A DNA stretch of 64,000 nucleotides. It comes from Macrostomum lignano. Taxonomy: Eukaryota. The notes beneath the pieces were generated by a model. The model was given only the letters and a program-made list of their open reading frames with translations. It was not told the DNA's origin and did not search any database. Position numbers and translations under genes: made by a program. Below are positions 37,654-50,740 of this stretch, one piece after another (position 1 is the first letter of the stretch; the number at the start of each line of letters is the position of its first letter). The stretch covers positions 62,001-126,000 of the forward strand of contig NIVC01001799.1 in assembly GCA_002269645.1 (NCBI GenBank). Reading direction: 5' to 3'.

Positions 37654-40600
37654 ATGCTATCCAAATTTGAGTCGAAATCTGCACGAGTGAAGGGTAAGTA
37701 CAATTGCGGAATTTTAAACAATTTATTTTACAATGTATTTTTAATTAAAACTTTTGCATATTCAATAGATTTTTTTCTGATTGTGCCTATTAGTCAAATT
37801 TTTAGACAGAAGTGCTATAACCTAATATGTATCTTGTAGGCCTAATAATTTTGTTCCAGACAAAATGACTAACTTAGTGGAAAAATGGCTCTCTACAATT
37901 ATTACTAGACAGAAAGGTGGCAAACAAAGCAATAGAAGAATCATTGTCAATTGCTAAGGTGGCCATGGCCTTCCTCTCAGCTATGACCTAGCTATGTAAT
38001 ATTTATAATGGCAGTGCTTATCCCCATGGTACCGTAGTAATAATTTCTGTCTTATTCCAACGGTACCGTGCGAATAATTTTCTGCTTATCCGCACGGCAC
38101 ACTGACGAGATAGCTGCCCTATCTTCTACATATGCCGTGTGGGAAGTTTAGTACATACGATTTGAGTGCAGTATAACAACATAACTTGGCTTGAACATTT
38201 GTTCTAAAGAAATAAAGATTTAACGACTTTTCTATGAGAAAGAATTTTTTTGTGTAGTAACAAATAATTTAAATTGCGTGCCGTGTGGATAAGCAGAAAA
38301 CTATTCGCACGGTACCGTTGGAATAAGACAGAAATTATTCCTACGGTACCGTGGGGATAAGCACTGCCATTTATAATTAATTGGATTGTTGGATTGAATT
38401 GTATATAGCTTTTCTCAAAAACATTTAGTATCTAACCCTAAGTGTTTTTATCTATTGAAAATGACTAACATAATTGATTCTTTTGTTTATCACTATATTG
38501 TAGCCAATGTTGATATATATATACTTATGTTAGGTCATTAAAATTTAAAATTAATAAAAATGAATAGATTTAACCTTTGAAATAAATAAAGAAACTAGAC
38601 TTTTTTGCTATTTTCATGATATAGACCAATGTATAATAGCTTTATTCTTTTATATCCTAAATGTGCAATTTTGTTTTAATGTATATAATATTAAAAATAT
38701 TGTAAATATTTTGAATATTATGATTGTGACAACTCTTTTGTTTTAAACAGCACCAAGAAAAACCTATAAATACAAGTATATAAGTTGCCAACAGGGAAAA
38801 CTAAACCTGTGTGCTTCTTTTTAGGCTTCTACAATGAAAATAAATTGAGCAATATTTCTGTCTTAGTCATTTAAGGATACCAAAGACCCTAAGCATTGAA
38901 AGAACTCATTCAATTCTTAGAACAAGATTAGAACTAGACTTCTAGATTTAGAATCTAAAAAATCACTTCAGGGTAGAACATCTACTAAATGGTTAGGAAT
39001 ATTTAGACCTAGGATCTAAGAACTTACCTCAAAGCAAAATATCTACCAAAGTGTAAGTTGTGACCCTTTGATCCTAGTAATGCCTGGACTAAGAAAAGCC
39101 CCTAAAAGAGAGAATTAATACAGATAGAAGTTTAGTGTTATAGATTGCTCAGGCCAAGAGTACATATATATTACCTGCTTAAGATGATATATAAGCAGTA
39201 CTACTAGCACAAAGTACAATGTTAAAAATACATCAAAATGTCACATTAGAAATGGAAACTTTCTACAACTTGGTTGTAGCAATAAGATTAGTTTCAAAAG
39301 ATAGAATAATACCCTTTCCACAAATATGTAATTTTTTTCTATTGTATCTAATATAATTTTTATAGCCTATTTTGTTTTTGATTAAGAAAAAAGCAAATCT
39401 AAAAAAACTAAAAATTTAAGCAAGTTTTTAATATTTGAAATTTAATATGCTAATTAAAAATTGAAATAGAAGTTTACTATAATAGCACTGCATTTTTAAT
39501 GACCTTTGTTCAAATTATGAACTTCATTCAATTTTGAGTTATATTTATAACAAGTATTTTTCATTGTAAAAAAGTCTTTCTGTTTTGCATATTTGCTTTT
39601 TAGTCTATAGAAAAGTCATTTATTTGCAAAATTATACCAATTTTATATGTAAAAATGAAGGCAGTCTTTATTATTTTAACAAATATAAGATAAGAATGCT
39701 TGCCTAAAGTAGTAAGAAATATTGAGATGATTTTAAAAAACTTTAAAATATTATTTATAGCTACAGCTCTAATTTCAGCCAATGAAAAAACTCTTTTTTA
39801 TACAGTAGGCTAAGCTTTTGATATTTATTGTATTACTACAGTGTTATTTTTCAATGTTAATTTGATAAATGTATCAAATTATAGACTAGTGTGTTTAATC
39901 ATTTAATTGCATTTTGTGTATTAAAAAGTGGTTAGACATATGTTTTTAATTAACTTTTGTCTTTTACCATATTTATGGTTTAAATACCATCTACCACTAT
40001 TTGGCCAGTATTTATTAATATATTGCACATAAATTTTGGCTAATATTAGCCTGTCCAGAAAGCTTATAAAGCAAATTTTTCCTAAGCCCAAGCCACTCAC
40101 ATTAACTCATGGATGCAGGCCTCTCCTTCCATCCCAAGCGGCCATGGATCCTGTGCTCTCTGCACAATGGCGTTATCCAGCTCTGGGACTATCGAATGCG
40201 CACTCTTATTGAGAAGTTCGATGAACACGAGGGCCCAGTTCGAGGCATCCATTTCCATGGCAACCAGCCATTGTTTGTGTCCGGCGGAGACGATTACAAA
40301 ATCAAGGTGTGGAATTACAAGCAGCGCAAGTGCCTGTTCACCCTGCTAGGCCATCTGGACTACATCCGAACTACATTCTTCCATCACGAGTATCCGTGGA
40401 TTCTGTCCGCTAGCGATGACCAGACAATCAGAGTGTGGAATTGGCAGGCTCGCACTGCTATCTGCGTGCTAACTGGCCACAGTCACTACGTTATGTGCGC
40501 CCAGTTCCACCCGAGCGAAGATCTGGTTGTCAGCGCTAGCCTAGATCAGACCATTCGAGTCTGGGATATTAGCGGCCTGCGCAAGAAGAACGTGGCTCCG

Positions 40601-43600
40601 GGACTTGGCGGTCACGACGATATCGGAGGTTACAGAGGCGGCGGCATGCAGGTTAGTTGAGCTTATAGTTGTTGAGGCCAATTTTGCCTGAAAAATGATT
40701 AAACAGCACTGTTTATTGTGAACCATTTGCCCAGGGTCCCGGTCATACCGACTTGTTCGGCACCACCGATGCCATTGTGAAGCACGTGCTAGAAGGCCAC
40801 GATCGCGGCGTCAACTGGGTGATGTTCCACCCAACTATGCCCGTCATTGTTAGCGCCGCCGACGACCGTCAAGTGAAACTGTGGCGAATGAATGACAGCA
40901 AAGCCTGGGAGTTGGACACCTGCCGAGGCCACTATAACAACGTGTCCTGCGCCATCTTCCATCCCCGTCAAGAGCTCATGCTCAGTAATAGCGAGGACAA
41001 GAGCATTCGAGTGTGGGACATGGCCAAGCGGACCTGCGTGCAAACGTTTCGTAGGGACAATGACCGATTCTGGATTCTAACAGCGCATCCGTCATTGAAC
41101 CTGTTCGCTGCTGGGCACGACAATGGCATGGTCATCTTCAAGCTGGAGCGGGAGCGGCCCGCCTACTCGGTTAGTGCTGCTGCAGATCCTATTCCGGTAG
41201 CTGAGATCCCATTCACGTAGCTGAGATCCCATTCCGGTAGCTGAGATCCCATTCCGGTAGCTGAGATCCCATTCCGGTAGCTGAGATCCCATTCCGGTAG
41301 CTGAGATCCCATTCTGGGTAGCTGAGATCCTATTCCGGTAGCTGAGATCCCATTCCGGTAGCTGAGATCCTATTCCGGTAGCTGAGATCCTATTCCGGTA
41401 GCTGAGATCCCATTCTGGGTAGCTGAGATCCCGTTCCGGTAGCTGAGATCCCATTCTAGGTAGCTGAGGTCCGGATCCCATATCCCTCACTCCCGATCCC
41501 CAGTGAGCAGGCAGCAAAAGCAGAAATCCCAAACACCGTCTCCTATTCAGATCCACGAGAACTGCCTGCTATACGTGAAGCAGAAGACGCTTCGCCGGCT
41601 AGACCTGAACACGAACAAAGACCAGCCGGTGCTGCAGCTGCCAAAGAAGGCCAACTACACCAGTCTGACTTACAACCCAGCCGAGAATGCCGTACTGCTG
41701 GGCTGCCGCAGCGCTAATCCGGACAATTCCACCTACGAGCTGCACTGCTTGCCAAGAGACGCCACCGATTCGGCTGTCGATGCCGCCGACTCGAAGCGAT
41801 CTTCGGGCCTGACCGCAATCTGGGTGGCCCGCAACCGGTTCGCCGTGCTTGACAAAGGCCACACGCTGGCCGTTAAGAATATGCGCAACGAGGTGTCTAA
41901 GAAGTTTCAGCTGGCCAACGCTGAGGAGATTTTCTACGCCGGTACTGGCTGCCTGCTGGTGAAGGAGCCCGACACCGTGTCGCTGTACGATGTGCAGCAG
42001 AAACGTGCTCTCAGCTCTGTGAAAGCTGCTCAGGTAAGATTAAATATTTGTTGGTTGTTTCCCGGATTTCAACATTTCATTAATACTCATCTAGGTTTCG
42101 ATTGGGTACAGTACGTATCTGAAAACAAATATCCCAATATCCTGAACGGCTCCAGATCTCACTGTCCTGAGCAGCTCCTGATCCCTAATATCCCTAATCC
42201 CTGATCCCTAATATCCCTAATCCCTGATCCCTAATATCCCTAATCTCTGATCCCTAATATCCTTAATCCCTGATCCCTAATATCCCTAATCCCTGATCCC
42301 TAATATCCCTAATCCCTGATCCCTAATATCCCCAATCCCTGATCCCTAATATCCTGAGAGTTCCTGATCCCTAATAATATCCCTAATCCCTGATCCCTAA
42401 TATCCCTAATCCCTGATCCCTAATATCCTGAGAGTTCCTGATCCCTAATAATATCCCTGATCCCTAATATCCTGAAAGTTCCTGATCCCTAATAATATCC
42501 CTAATCCCTGATCCCTAATATCCCTAATCCCTGATCCCTAATATCCTGGAGAGTTCCTGATCCCTAATATCCTGAGCAGTTTCTGATTTCTAATATCCTG
42601 GAGAGTTCCTGATCCCTAATATCCTGGAGAGTTCCTGATCCCTAATATCCTGGAGAGTTCCTGATCCCTAATATCCTGAGCAGTTCCTGATCCCTAATAA
42701 TATCCCTAATCCCTGATCCCTAATATCCCTAATCCCTGATCCCTAATATCCTGGAGAGTTCCTGATCCCTAATATCCTGAGCAGTTCCTGATCCCTAATA
42801 TCCTGGAGAGTTCCTGATCCCTAATATCCTGGAGAGTTCCTGATCCCTAATATCCTGAGCAGTTCCTGATCCCTAATAATATCCCTAATCCCTGATCCCT
42901 AATATCCCTAATCCCTGATCCCTAATATCCTGGAGAGTTCCTGATCCCTAATATCCTGAGCAGTTCCTGATCCCTAATATCCTGGAGAGTTCCTGATCCC
43001 TAATATCCTGGAGAGTTCCTGATCCCTAATATCCTGGAGAGTTCCTGATCCCTAATATCCTGAGCAGTTCCTGATCCCTAATATCCTGAGCAGTTCCTGA
43101 TCCCTAATATCCTGAGCAGTTCCTGGTCCCTAATAATTCAAAATTACCTCTCGTCCTCTCCGTCCGCAACAAAACAGGTGCGCCAGGCGATCTGGTCTGC
43201 CGACATGTCCAATGTGGCCCTAATCTCAAAGCTGACCGTGACCCTGTGCGATAGGAAACTGGCCACCCTGTGCACAGTGCAGGAGAGCGTCCGGATTAAG
43301 AGCGCCGCCTGGGACGACTCCGGCGTGCTGCTGTACACCACAGCCAATCATATTAAGTACCTGCTGACCTCCGGCGATAATGGCATTATTAGAACCCTGG
43401 ACGTGCCAATCTACCTTACTCGGGTTAAAGGTGAGCTTTTAAACTGGCAAAAGCGTTTCAATACATATCGGTGTCATCTTTACCATGTAGATTTTTTCAA
43501 TACATATCGATAGTAAATTATTGAATTATCATATTATCAATACATATCAGTTATATTTATTATTTAGCGTTTTTCGATACATATCGGTGCCATATTTACC

Positions 43601-46600
43601 ATTTAGAATTTTTCGATACATATCGGTGTATCTTTACCATTTAGCATTTTTCGATACATATCGGTGTCATCTTTACCATTTAGCATTTTTCGATACATAT
43701 CGGTGTCATCTTTGCCATTTAGAATTTTTTTCGATACATATCGGTGTCATCTTTACCATTTAGCGTTTTTTTATTCATATCGGTGTCATCTTTACCATTT
43801 AGCATTTTTCGATACATATCGGTACAATTCGATACATAGAGATAGTTATATCGTGCTCCTCATACCCTCAAACTAGGCACCTCTGTCTACTGTCTGGACC
43901 GCGAATGCGTGCCCCGCGTGCTGGGCATCGACCCCACCGAGTACCGATTCAAGATGGCCCTGGTGAATCGCAAATACGAAGAGGTGCTGCACATGGTGCG
44001 CCACGCTAAGCTGGTTGGCCAGGCTCTCATCGCCTACCTGCAGCGCAAAGGCTACCCGGAGGTGGCGCTGCACTTTGTCAAAGACGAGCGCACCAGATTT
44101 GGCCTGGCCGTCGAATGCGGCAACCTTGACGCCGCCCTGGAGAGCGCCCGGGCCCTTGACGACAAGCAGTGCTGGGAGCGGCTGGGCGAGCTGGCCCTGG
44201 CCCACGGCAACCACCAGATGGTGGAGATGGCCTACCAGCGCACTAAGAATTTCGACAAGCTGGCCTTTCTATACCTGATTAGCGGCCAGCTGGACAAGCT
44301 GCGCAAGATGATGCGCATAGCTGAGATTCGCAAGGACACCAGCGGCCACTTCCAGATGGCTCTGCTGCTTGGCGACGTGTCCGAGCGTGTCCGAGTTCTG
44401 CGCACCTGCGGCCAGACCGGCCTGGCTGGCCTCACCGCCGCCGCGCACGGCCTGCAGGAGGCCGAACCGGGCGCCGCCGACGATCCGGCGGCTGGCCCGC
44501 CGACGGTGACGCCGCCGCCGAACGCTTCGCTGCTGCAGCCGCCCTGCCCGCTGCGCAGCCAGGACTCCAACTGGCCGTTGCTAACCGTTACTAAGGACTT
44601 TTTCGAGGCCGCCATGCGAGCCAGGGGCGCCGGTGGAACTGCCGGAGCCGCCGCCGCCGCTGTCGCATCAGCCGGGCCGGCGTCCGCTGTGGCCGCCGTC
44701 GAAGTCGAAGAAGCCGAAGTCGGCAGCGGCTGGGGCGACGACGAAGACGACGAGAACGCATCCAAGGGCGGCGCCAAAGGCGAAGGCTCCGACGTCGAAG
44801 ATGAGGAGGGCGACGGCTGGGAGGTCGACGACGATTTGGACTTGCCAGCCGACGCCGGCGGTCACGACTCTGCGGCTGGCGGTGGCGGCTACGTGCCGCC
44901 CGTGCGCGGCCCGCCTCCCAGGCAGGTCTGGACTGCCGGCTCCCAGCTGGCTGCCGATCACGCCGCTGCCGGCAGCTGGGAGTCCGCGATGAGGCTGCTT
45001 GCGCAACAGGTTTGGCTTTGCAGACCTTAGGTGTCTTGCTTAGGTCACTCTAATTGTCACTCCGCGTATTAGGTCACTCTAATTGTCACTCCGCGTATTA
45101 GGTCACTCTAATTGTCACTCCGCGTATTAGGTCACTCTAATTGTCACTCCGCATATTAGGTCACTCTAATTGTAACTCCGTGTCCTACGACACTAATTGT
45201 CACTCCGCATATTAGGTCACTCTAATTGTCACTTCGCGTGTTAGGTCACTCTAATTGTCACTCCACTGACTCTTTCAAACCGCTTGCAATTCTTCAGGTC
45301 GGCGTGGCCCGCTTCGAGCCGCTCAAGCCGCTGTTCGTAGCCGCCTACGCCAGGTCCCGGGCCTGCCTGCCCACCCTGGCCGGCTCGCCGCCTCTCTTTG
45401 CCGCCCCTCTGCGCAACTGGAAGGAGGCCGGCAGCGGCGGCCAGCGCGGAGGCGGCGGCGGACTGCCAGCGGTGGGCATCCGGCTCCGTCAGCTGCTGGA
45501 CCGGCTGCAGACTGCCTACGGTTTGACTACTCGCGGCAACTTTGCCGATGCTGTTGATCGATTCCGTCAGTGCCTGCTGGGCGTGCTGATGCTGGTTGTC
45601 ACTAGCAACCAGGTGAGTTTACGAAGGAGAAATAGATTTATCTATAGATATTGTCGACTTATCTATAGCTGATTTAGATTCATCTGTGGATATTGTAGAT
45701 TCATCTGTGGATATTGTAGATTCATCTATAGATATTGTAGATTCATCTATAGATATTGTAGATTCATCTATAGATAATGTAGATTCATCTATAGATAATG
45801 TAGATTCATCTGTGGATATTGTAGATTCATCTGTCGATATTGTAGATTCATCTGTGGATATTGTAGATTCATCTGTCGATATTGTAGATTCATCGAGAGC
45901 TAAGAATAGATCTTGTTAACTTATCTATAGATATTGTATATTCATCCATAGACACTTTAAGCTTATCTATAGAGATAGTGTCGATCAATCAGTAGATAAT
46001 GATAATTATCAGGAGATTGACGTATATGGTCTAAAAGTCGACAATCTATAGACACTGTCTACAATCTAGAGCACATCAGCTAAACTATTTCTTAACTTCT
46101 ATTCGCAGGAGGTGGCGGAGGCCAAGCAGCTCATTGAGGTGTGCCGCAACTACATAGTAGGCCTGCAGATGGAGCTGGCCCGCAAGGCTCTGCCTCGGAC
46201 TGAGGAGATTCGCTCAGCCGAAATGGCCTGCTATTTCACTCACTGCGACCTGCAGCCAACCCACACTATGCTGACTGTCCGTTCGGCTTTGAAGATTCTC
46301 TACAAGCTGCGCAACTTCGCCACCGCTGCCATGTTCGCCAGGCGCCTGCTTGAGCTCGGCCCCAAGCCCGAGGTGGCCAACGAGACTCGGAAAATCTTGC
46401 AGACCTGCGAGAAGAATCCAACCGACGCCAGACAGTTGAACTACGATCCGCACAATCCGTTCGACATCTGCGCCGCCTCCTACGTGCCTATTTATCGGGG
46501 CAGGCCGCTTGTGAAGGATCCGCTGTCCGGGGCCTGCTATGCTCCCGAGTTTGCCGGCCAGCTCTGCCGGGTCACTCAGGTATGTAATGTCCCTCTGACA

Positions 46601-47410
46601 TATCACTCCGTGCCTACTGTCACTCTGACATATCACTCCGTGTCTACTGTCTACTGTCACTCTGACATGTCACTCCGTGTCTAGCGTTACTCTTACATGT
46701 CACTCCGTGTCTAGCGTTACTCTTACATGTCACTCCGTGTCTAGCCTCACTCTGACATATCACTCCGTGTCTACTGTCACTCTGACATGTCACTCCGTGT
46801 CTACTGTCACTCTGACATGTCACTCCGTGTCTACTGTCACTCTGACATTTCACTCCGTGTCTACTGTCACTCTGACATGTCACTCCGTGTCTAGCGTCAC
46901 TCTGACATGTCACTCTGTGTCTAGTGTCACTCTGACATGTCACTCTGTGTCTAGTGTCACTCTGACATCTCACTCTGTGTCTAGTGTCACTCTGACATCT
47001 CACTCCGTGTCTAGCGTCACTCTTACATATCACTCCGTGTCTAGTCTCACTCTGACATGTCACTCCGTGTCTAGCGTCACTCTTACATGTCACTCCGTGT
47101 CTAGTCTCACTCTGACATGTCACTTCATGTCTAGTGTCACCCCACCTTGTCACTCTGCCACGTCAACTCCAAATCTAGTGTCAATCCGCCAACTCTTTCT
47201 GGATCCAATGTCACTGCCATGTCACTCCATGCTAAAATCACCCCACCATGTCACTTTACCTTGTCCCTCTGCATCTAATTTCACTCTGGCATGTTCCTAC
47301 AATTTCTTGCGCTTTATTAAATGTCACCCTGTACTCTTGTGCCATTGCAGTGCACGGAGATCGGCAAGGATGTCACGGGCTTGAAAATCAGCGCTCATCA
47401 ATCGCACTGA
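37654..47410 (+). CDS. COPA: Coatomer subunit alpha (alpha-COP), complete, 9 exons, 1240 aa
   Basis: Exons 37654-37693, 40119-40651, 40735-41169, 41551-42033, 43178-43430, 43877-45009, 45298-45612, 46109-46579, 47351-47410; all GT-AG, sum 3723 nt in frame. Starts [25 protein letters not shown]40 repeats, ends [19 protein letters not shown]. Confidence 0.98.
38010..38368. mobile_element. Mutator-type MITE, 359 bp, 91-bp TIRs, 9-bp TSD, in COPA intron 1
   Basis: TIRs 38010-38100 and 38278-38368 (GGCAGTGCTTATCCCC..., few mismatches); ATTTATAAT at 38001-38009 and 38369-38377. Confidence 0.92.
41188..41470. repeat. 20-bp minisatellite (GTAGCTGAGATCCCATTCCG), COPA intron 3
   Basis: Tandem copies seen. 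Confidence 0.92.
42165..43135. repeat. CCCTAAT/CCCTGAT-based composite minisatellite, COPA intron 4
   Basis: Units TCCCTAATATCCCTAATCCCTGA and TCCCTAATATCCTGGAGAGTTCCTGA alternate. Confidence 0.92.
43455..43830. repeat. ~39-bp minisatellite (TTTCGATACATATCGGTGTCATCTTTACCATTTAGCATT), COPA intron 5
   Basis: Tandem copies with an internal inverted repeat CGATAcaTATCG. Confidence 0.9.
45040..45264. repeat. 29-bp minisatellite (TTAGGTCACTCTAATTGTCACTCCGCGTA), COPA intron 6
   Basis: About 8 tandem copies. Confidence 0.92.
45640..45900. repeat. 21-bp minisatellite (ATCTATAGATATTGTAGATTC), COPA intron 7
   Basis: Tandem copies seen. Confidence 0.9.
46587..47160. repeat. 30-bp minisatellite (GTCACTCTGACATGTCACTCCGTGTCTAGT), COPA intron 8
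   Basis: Starts a few bases after the donor at 46580. Confidence 0.92.
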
Positions 47411-49319
47411 GTGATGAAATAAAGTACATTGAACAATTATAAACTCTGCTTCTTGATTGAATCTTCTTCCGCCTAGAAGATTCTTTATCTTAGCAAATTA
47501 AATGAACAGTTTCTTCTTTGCTGCTTCTGTCTGCTACAATCAGACACATTGTGCTGATGTGTGACTGACAGGTGATTTGGGGAATCAAGCTTATTGTCAA
47601 GCACGAGTTTGTCTGTCAGCACTAAGCCGCATGCACTCTTTAACTTCCTCATCTATTAAATTGTAGATCCCCTTTATATAAAATCACAAAAATGCCAACA
47701 GGTTCATACAGTAATTCAAGCAAATTTTCAACTTCATTATTTCAGTTTTTAGGCAGTAAAAGTTTTGTTTGTTTTCTCTTTGTTAGATAAACAATTATTG
47801 GCCTGTTGCTGCTTTTGTGTTGCCTGTCTGTTGGTTGGCTGTTGTTGTTTTTTTAGTTTATTACTATATTGCCTGTCCTCTCTGCCCCTGAGTCCCCCCT
47901 GGTCAGGAGACTCACTCGGTGGTTTGCTTGTATCTGTGTGCGTCTCCTTATCAAGTTATAATTCACCCGCAAATATTTCGGTGTCTGTCATTTACCTTAG
48001 TCCCAGAGAATAATAATTCATATTTATTGATCCCAGTAAATTTCTCTACTCCCAACAATATGAGCGTAATATGCTTAGTGTGCTACTATTTGTCCGCTAA
48101 CAGTAGTAGCGTGTTGCGAAGTTTATTTTTTTGATAGATTCTATTATTAGCTGAATGGGCTATGGATTTAATTCAATTTTTTATGATTTATGATTAATGA
48201 TTACTAATTATAATTGTTTGCAATGTAATAAAACCTTTGTTTGTCTGCGCGGCTACTCTCACTATAACTCACATAACCATACATACCTAATCGGTTTTTG
48301 CGTGTGAAGACCAAAACATTTCTGTTATTTTGCTGTCTGCCTGTTTTGCTTAGTCTTCTCGCATCTGACACTGAGGGTAGCCATGGAGTTGAAAAAGTTT
48401 ATTAGGCATATTATAGCAAAACTGTTCGAGTGTTGTTATTGACAAATAAATAAATATTACCATTATTACTATGGTCCTATTCCGACACCTGTTAGCTTTT
48501 GATCTGAAATATTAATTATAGCCTATAAAAGCTAGGCTAGGCTAGGCTATCTTGATAAATAGTGTTTATAATGATAGGTTGGCTTGAATGTGTTGACTTA
48601 TTTTTTCGCGTAATATAGTTTTATACGATACATATCGGCAGTTGGCTGAGTACCTAACAAAGACTGTACATCTATACCTACCAACTGTCACAGATCCACC
48701 CGCGCCACGTTGAAAAAAACAAATCCGGAAAAGGTGCGATAATAAATACTTAAGGCGCGAATTCAAATGCTTTTTTCTAAGAAAGTTTTCGTCCAGCGTA
48801 TTGCAATTGTATACATAATGGAATATCGCGACTCTGTTTAAAATAAAGTACACGACGTCTATGTCCCGCTCAGCATCCATCATCAACATCCGGGAACAAA
48901 TTTACCCCGGCTGCTGAATCAACAAATGGCTGATCGCATGCGAGCTGTCCATTCAGTCCCATTGTGATATCGTCTTTTTATATTCTTTTAGATTTAGGCC
49001 CGATAGATTCTTCTTATCATAATAGGATGATGCTTCTCTGACAGCGGCACTGAGCTGCACGCACAGGGCGGAAAGAATCGCATTCAGCTGTAAAACTGCT
49101 CATGCTGTGCAGGGACTGCATGGCTGATCTGTTTCCGCGATTATAAAACATAAGAATAAGCTCGTTTAGTGCACTGATCGAGTTTGTGAGGAACGGTTTG
49201 CCTCTGTTTATTACTTTTGACTGATTCCTAGGCAAAGGAAGGCTTCTAGAGAGACGCTGGAGTGCCAAATGTCAGTTTTTATTACATTTAACAATCAACA
49301 TTTCTAAAATTATAGTAGA

Positions 49320-50740
49320 GGCAGATACTGACAGACACTGAGACAGATGCTGCACGAGACAGACAAGATACTAAAACAGGACACTGAGACAGATGCTGCA
49401 CGAGACAGGCACTGAGACAGACAAGATACTAAAACAGGACACTGAGACAGATGCTGCACGAGACAGGCACTGAGACAGACAAGATACTAAAACAGGACAC
49501 TGAGACAGATGCTGCACGAGACAGATAAGATACTAAAACAGGACACTGAGACAGATGCTGCACGAGACAGACAAGATACTAAAACAGGACACTGAGACAG
49601 ATGCTGCACGAGACAGACAAGATACTAAAACAGGACACTGAGACAGATGCTGCACGAGACAGACAAGATACTAAAACAGGACACTGAGACAGATACTGCA
49701 CGAGACAGGCACTGAGACAGACAAGATACTAAAACAGACACTGAGACAGATGCTGCAAGAGACAGGCACTGAGACAGAAAAGATACTAAAACAGACACTG
49801 AGACAGATACTGCACGAGACAGGCACTGAAATAGACAAGATACTAAAACAGACACTGAGACAGATACTGCAGAGACAGGCACTGAGACAGATACTGCAGA
49901 GACAGGCACTGAGACAGACACTGAGACAGACACTGAGACAAACACTGAGACAGGCACTGAGACAGTCACTGAGACAGACACTGGGACAGACACTGAGACA
50001 GACACTGAGACAGGCCCTGAGACAGGCACTGAGACAGTCACTGAGACAGACACTGAGACAGTCACTGAGACAGGCACTGAGACAGACACTGAGACAGGCA
50101 CTAAGACAGTCACTGAGACAGATGCTGCACGAGACAGACAAGATACTAAAACAGGACACTGAGACAGATGCTGCACGAGACAGACAAGATACTAAAACAG
50201 GACACTGAGACAGATGCTGCACGAGACAGACAAGATACTAAAACAGGACACTGAGACAGATACTGCACGAGACAGGCACTGAGACAGACAAGATACTAAA
50301 ACAGACACTGAGACAGATGCTGCAAGAGACAGGCACTGAGACAGAAAAGATACTAAAACAGACACTGAGACAGATACTGCACGAGACAGGCACTGAAATA
50401 GACAAGATACTAAAACAGACACTGAGACAGATACTGCAGAGACAGGCACTGAGACAGATACTGCAGAGACAGGCACTGAGACAGACACTGAGACAGACAC
50501 TGAGACAAACACTGAGACAGGCACTGAGACAGTCACTGAGACAGTCACTGAGACAGACACTGAGACAGTCACTGAGACAGGCACTGAGACAGACACTGAG
50601 ACAGTCACTGAGACAGACACTGAGACAGTCACTGAGACAGGCACTGAGACAGACACTGAGACAGGCACTAAGACAGTCACTGAGACAGACAAGAAACTAA
50701 AATAGACACTAGGACAGACACAATACACACTAAAACAGAC
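49320..50740. repeat. Composite GAGACAGACACT-type satellite with a ~567-bp higher-order duplication
   Basis: 12-bp and longer nested units; a distinctive block recurs at 49750 and 50317. Confidence 0.9.

Noticed and set aside
38886-39183. Relic ORF in COPA intron 1 restored by reverting TAG/TAA to Arg codons
   Set aside because: Stop density (~9-10 per 100 codons) is about what AT-rich random sequence gives, and no recognisable motif appears.
48566-49268. Two short minus-strand ORFs downstream of COPA
   Set aside because: No recognisable motif, non-ATG or weak starts, and no convincing splice pairing.
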